From: Felis catus
Lineage: Eukaryota
Reading direction: 5' to 3'
Assembly (NCBI RefSeq): GCF_018350175.1
Contig: NC_058368.1
Span: forward strand, 222,892,001-222,956,000
Length of the DNA: 64,000 nt
Shown here piece by piece: positions 62,707-64,000 of this stretch (its first letter is position 1; every line of letters starts with the position of its first letter). The position numbers were made by a program, and so were the translations under genes. The notes under the pieces were generated by a model. It had not been told where the DNA came from, did no database searches, and saw only the letters and a list, made by a program, of their open reading frames with translations.

Positions 62707-62788
62707 CCCCCTGCCCCTCATCCCCCCTCATGCTCTCTCAAATATAAATTAAATAATAAATAAGTAAATAAATAAATAAATGAATAAA
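62502..62788 (+). mobile_element. CanSINE (older type) with expanded (CT)n linker and (TAAA)n tail
   Basis: gggctgcctcggtggttcag head, tcaggtcatgatcccaggg. Confidence 0.93.
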
Positions 62789-64000
62789 AAGTTGTTTTTC
62801 TGTTTTATAACTGGAAAATTTTGTGATTAAAAATCTGTTGTCTTTTACATCTTTGTTTTGCTGTACCTAACTTGTTTAACTGCTTTTAATATGTTCACTT
62901 TATCATGTTTTTTGCGGTATGAAAATATAGGTCTACTAGGTTTATCCTGTATTGGTCCTGCCTGCAGTGGATTATGGACAAGAAATTCTAAGTTGTAATT
63001 TTCTTCATGTTTCTTGTACTTGGTGTATATTGAGATTTTGTGGTGTCATAGTGTTCATTAAATGAGAAAGATTTCTGCCTTTTTTTCCTTCAAGTATTAT
63101 TTTCTTTGCTCCCTTCATTATTTTATGGAAACAGCATTTACTTGTAAGGAAATTGCTTAAGGCTGTTTTACATTAGTCTTTAACAAATTCGTTTTCTTTC
63201 TATATTTGTTTAGGGTCAAGTTTTTATCACTATATCATGAAGCTCACAAATCTTTCCTTCCGAAATACATCCTTTCATAATATATATTAATACATATTTG
63301 CTACCTTAATTTTGAACATATAGAACTTAAATTATATTTTATTGTAGTTTAAAATATTTCATTTTTCTGCTAATTCTAATAGTTGCAAGATTTATGAGTC
63401 GGTTTACTTATGGATTTTAGAAACGCCTCTTGCATTTTAAGTAATCTTTGAGTAGATACCTGCGATTAGAAATTCTACTTTTTGTGTGTTTCATATTTTC
63501 ATATTCCTATAAATATTCTTGAGCTATTTTTTGTGATGGAGTTCAATTCCATGAAAATCGTTTGATTATTTTTTGCCTGGTTTTCAAGTTTTGTTATGTG
63601 GGCCCATAACAGCATTTAGTGTAAAGCTGTTATTTCCCACCACTGAGGTAGACTCTTTCTACGTTTTTGGCTCAATGACCTTGAATAATGGGGATGCTCG
63701 GTGTGGCTAGTAGAAAATGGCACTGTGCTTGTTGTGAAGGTCAATCACTATCACTTCTAATCATCACTGTTCCTCTATCCCTGCCCTCTTCTAGTTTTCT
63801 TACATGCCTATGCTTATTAATACGCAACTAAATTTTGCAGATTGTCTGCTGCAGCTTTCTGGAGTGGAATTCTCTCCATACTGGTACTCTGGTGTGCAAT
63901 CTGTAGTCATTTTGTTATCCCTGAATTCTCAGTTCTGTCTTCTCAAGTCAGGGAGTCTGCCAGCCTTCTTCTCTATATTTCCTCTTTCTTCTTTCCTCTT

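Larger units (their letters stand above)
59635..64000 (-). mobile_element. Long decayed L1 (L1MD-like) from 3' UTR through ORF2 fragments to an ORF1/5'-like region
   Basis: Antisense motifs gttgctatgaacattca, catatggtaaatgtatgtttaac, acattcccaccagca, tttgtcaaaaatcagctg; runs to window end with internal deletions. Confidence 0.85.

Noticed and set aside
1..64000. CRISPR array, prokaryotic operon, rRNA, numt or processed pseudogene
   Set aside because: No regularly spaced repeat-spacer array or recognisable mitochondrial, rRNA or mRNA-derived sequence was seen by eye; short or old copies could have been missed without a search

Overview
This is AT-rich, repeat-dense mammalian DNA from a cat-family (Felidae) genome, identified by about 38 copies of the tRNA-derived carnivore SINE (CanSINE), four of them young SINEC_Fc-type copies with CpGs intact. 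I find no credible protein-coding gene, RNA gene or CRISPR array. The ORF track is largely explained by microsatellites, SINEs, decayed L1/LTR/DNA-transposon sequence or chance. The window holds old L1 fragments, L2 and MIR fragments, MaLR (MLT1) elements, two solo ERV LTRs, hAT-Charlie and Tigger DNA transposons, and many microsatellites. The most notable structures are: a nested MLT1A provirus carrying an L1, a Tigger1 derivative and three SINEs; repeated re-use of the same target site by SINEs; a minus-strand bias of L1/LTR elements that hints the window is intron of a plus-strand transcript; two candidate exons; a palindrome made of ideal lac-operator half-sites; and several non-B DNA tracts. 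I could not support a genuinely new biological system. Repeat subfamily names come from recalled consensus sequences, not a database search, and boundaries of old elements are approximate.
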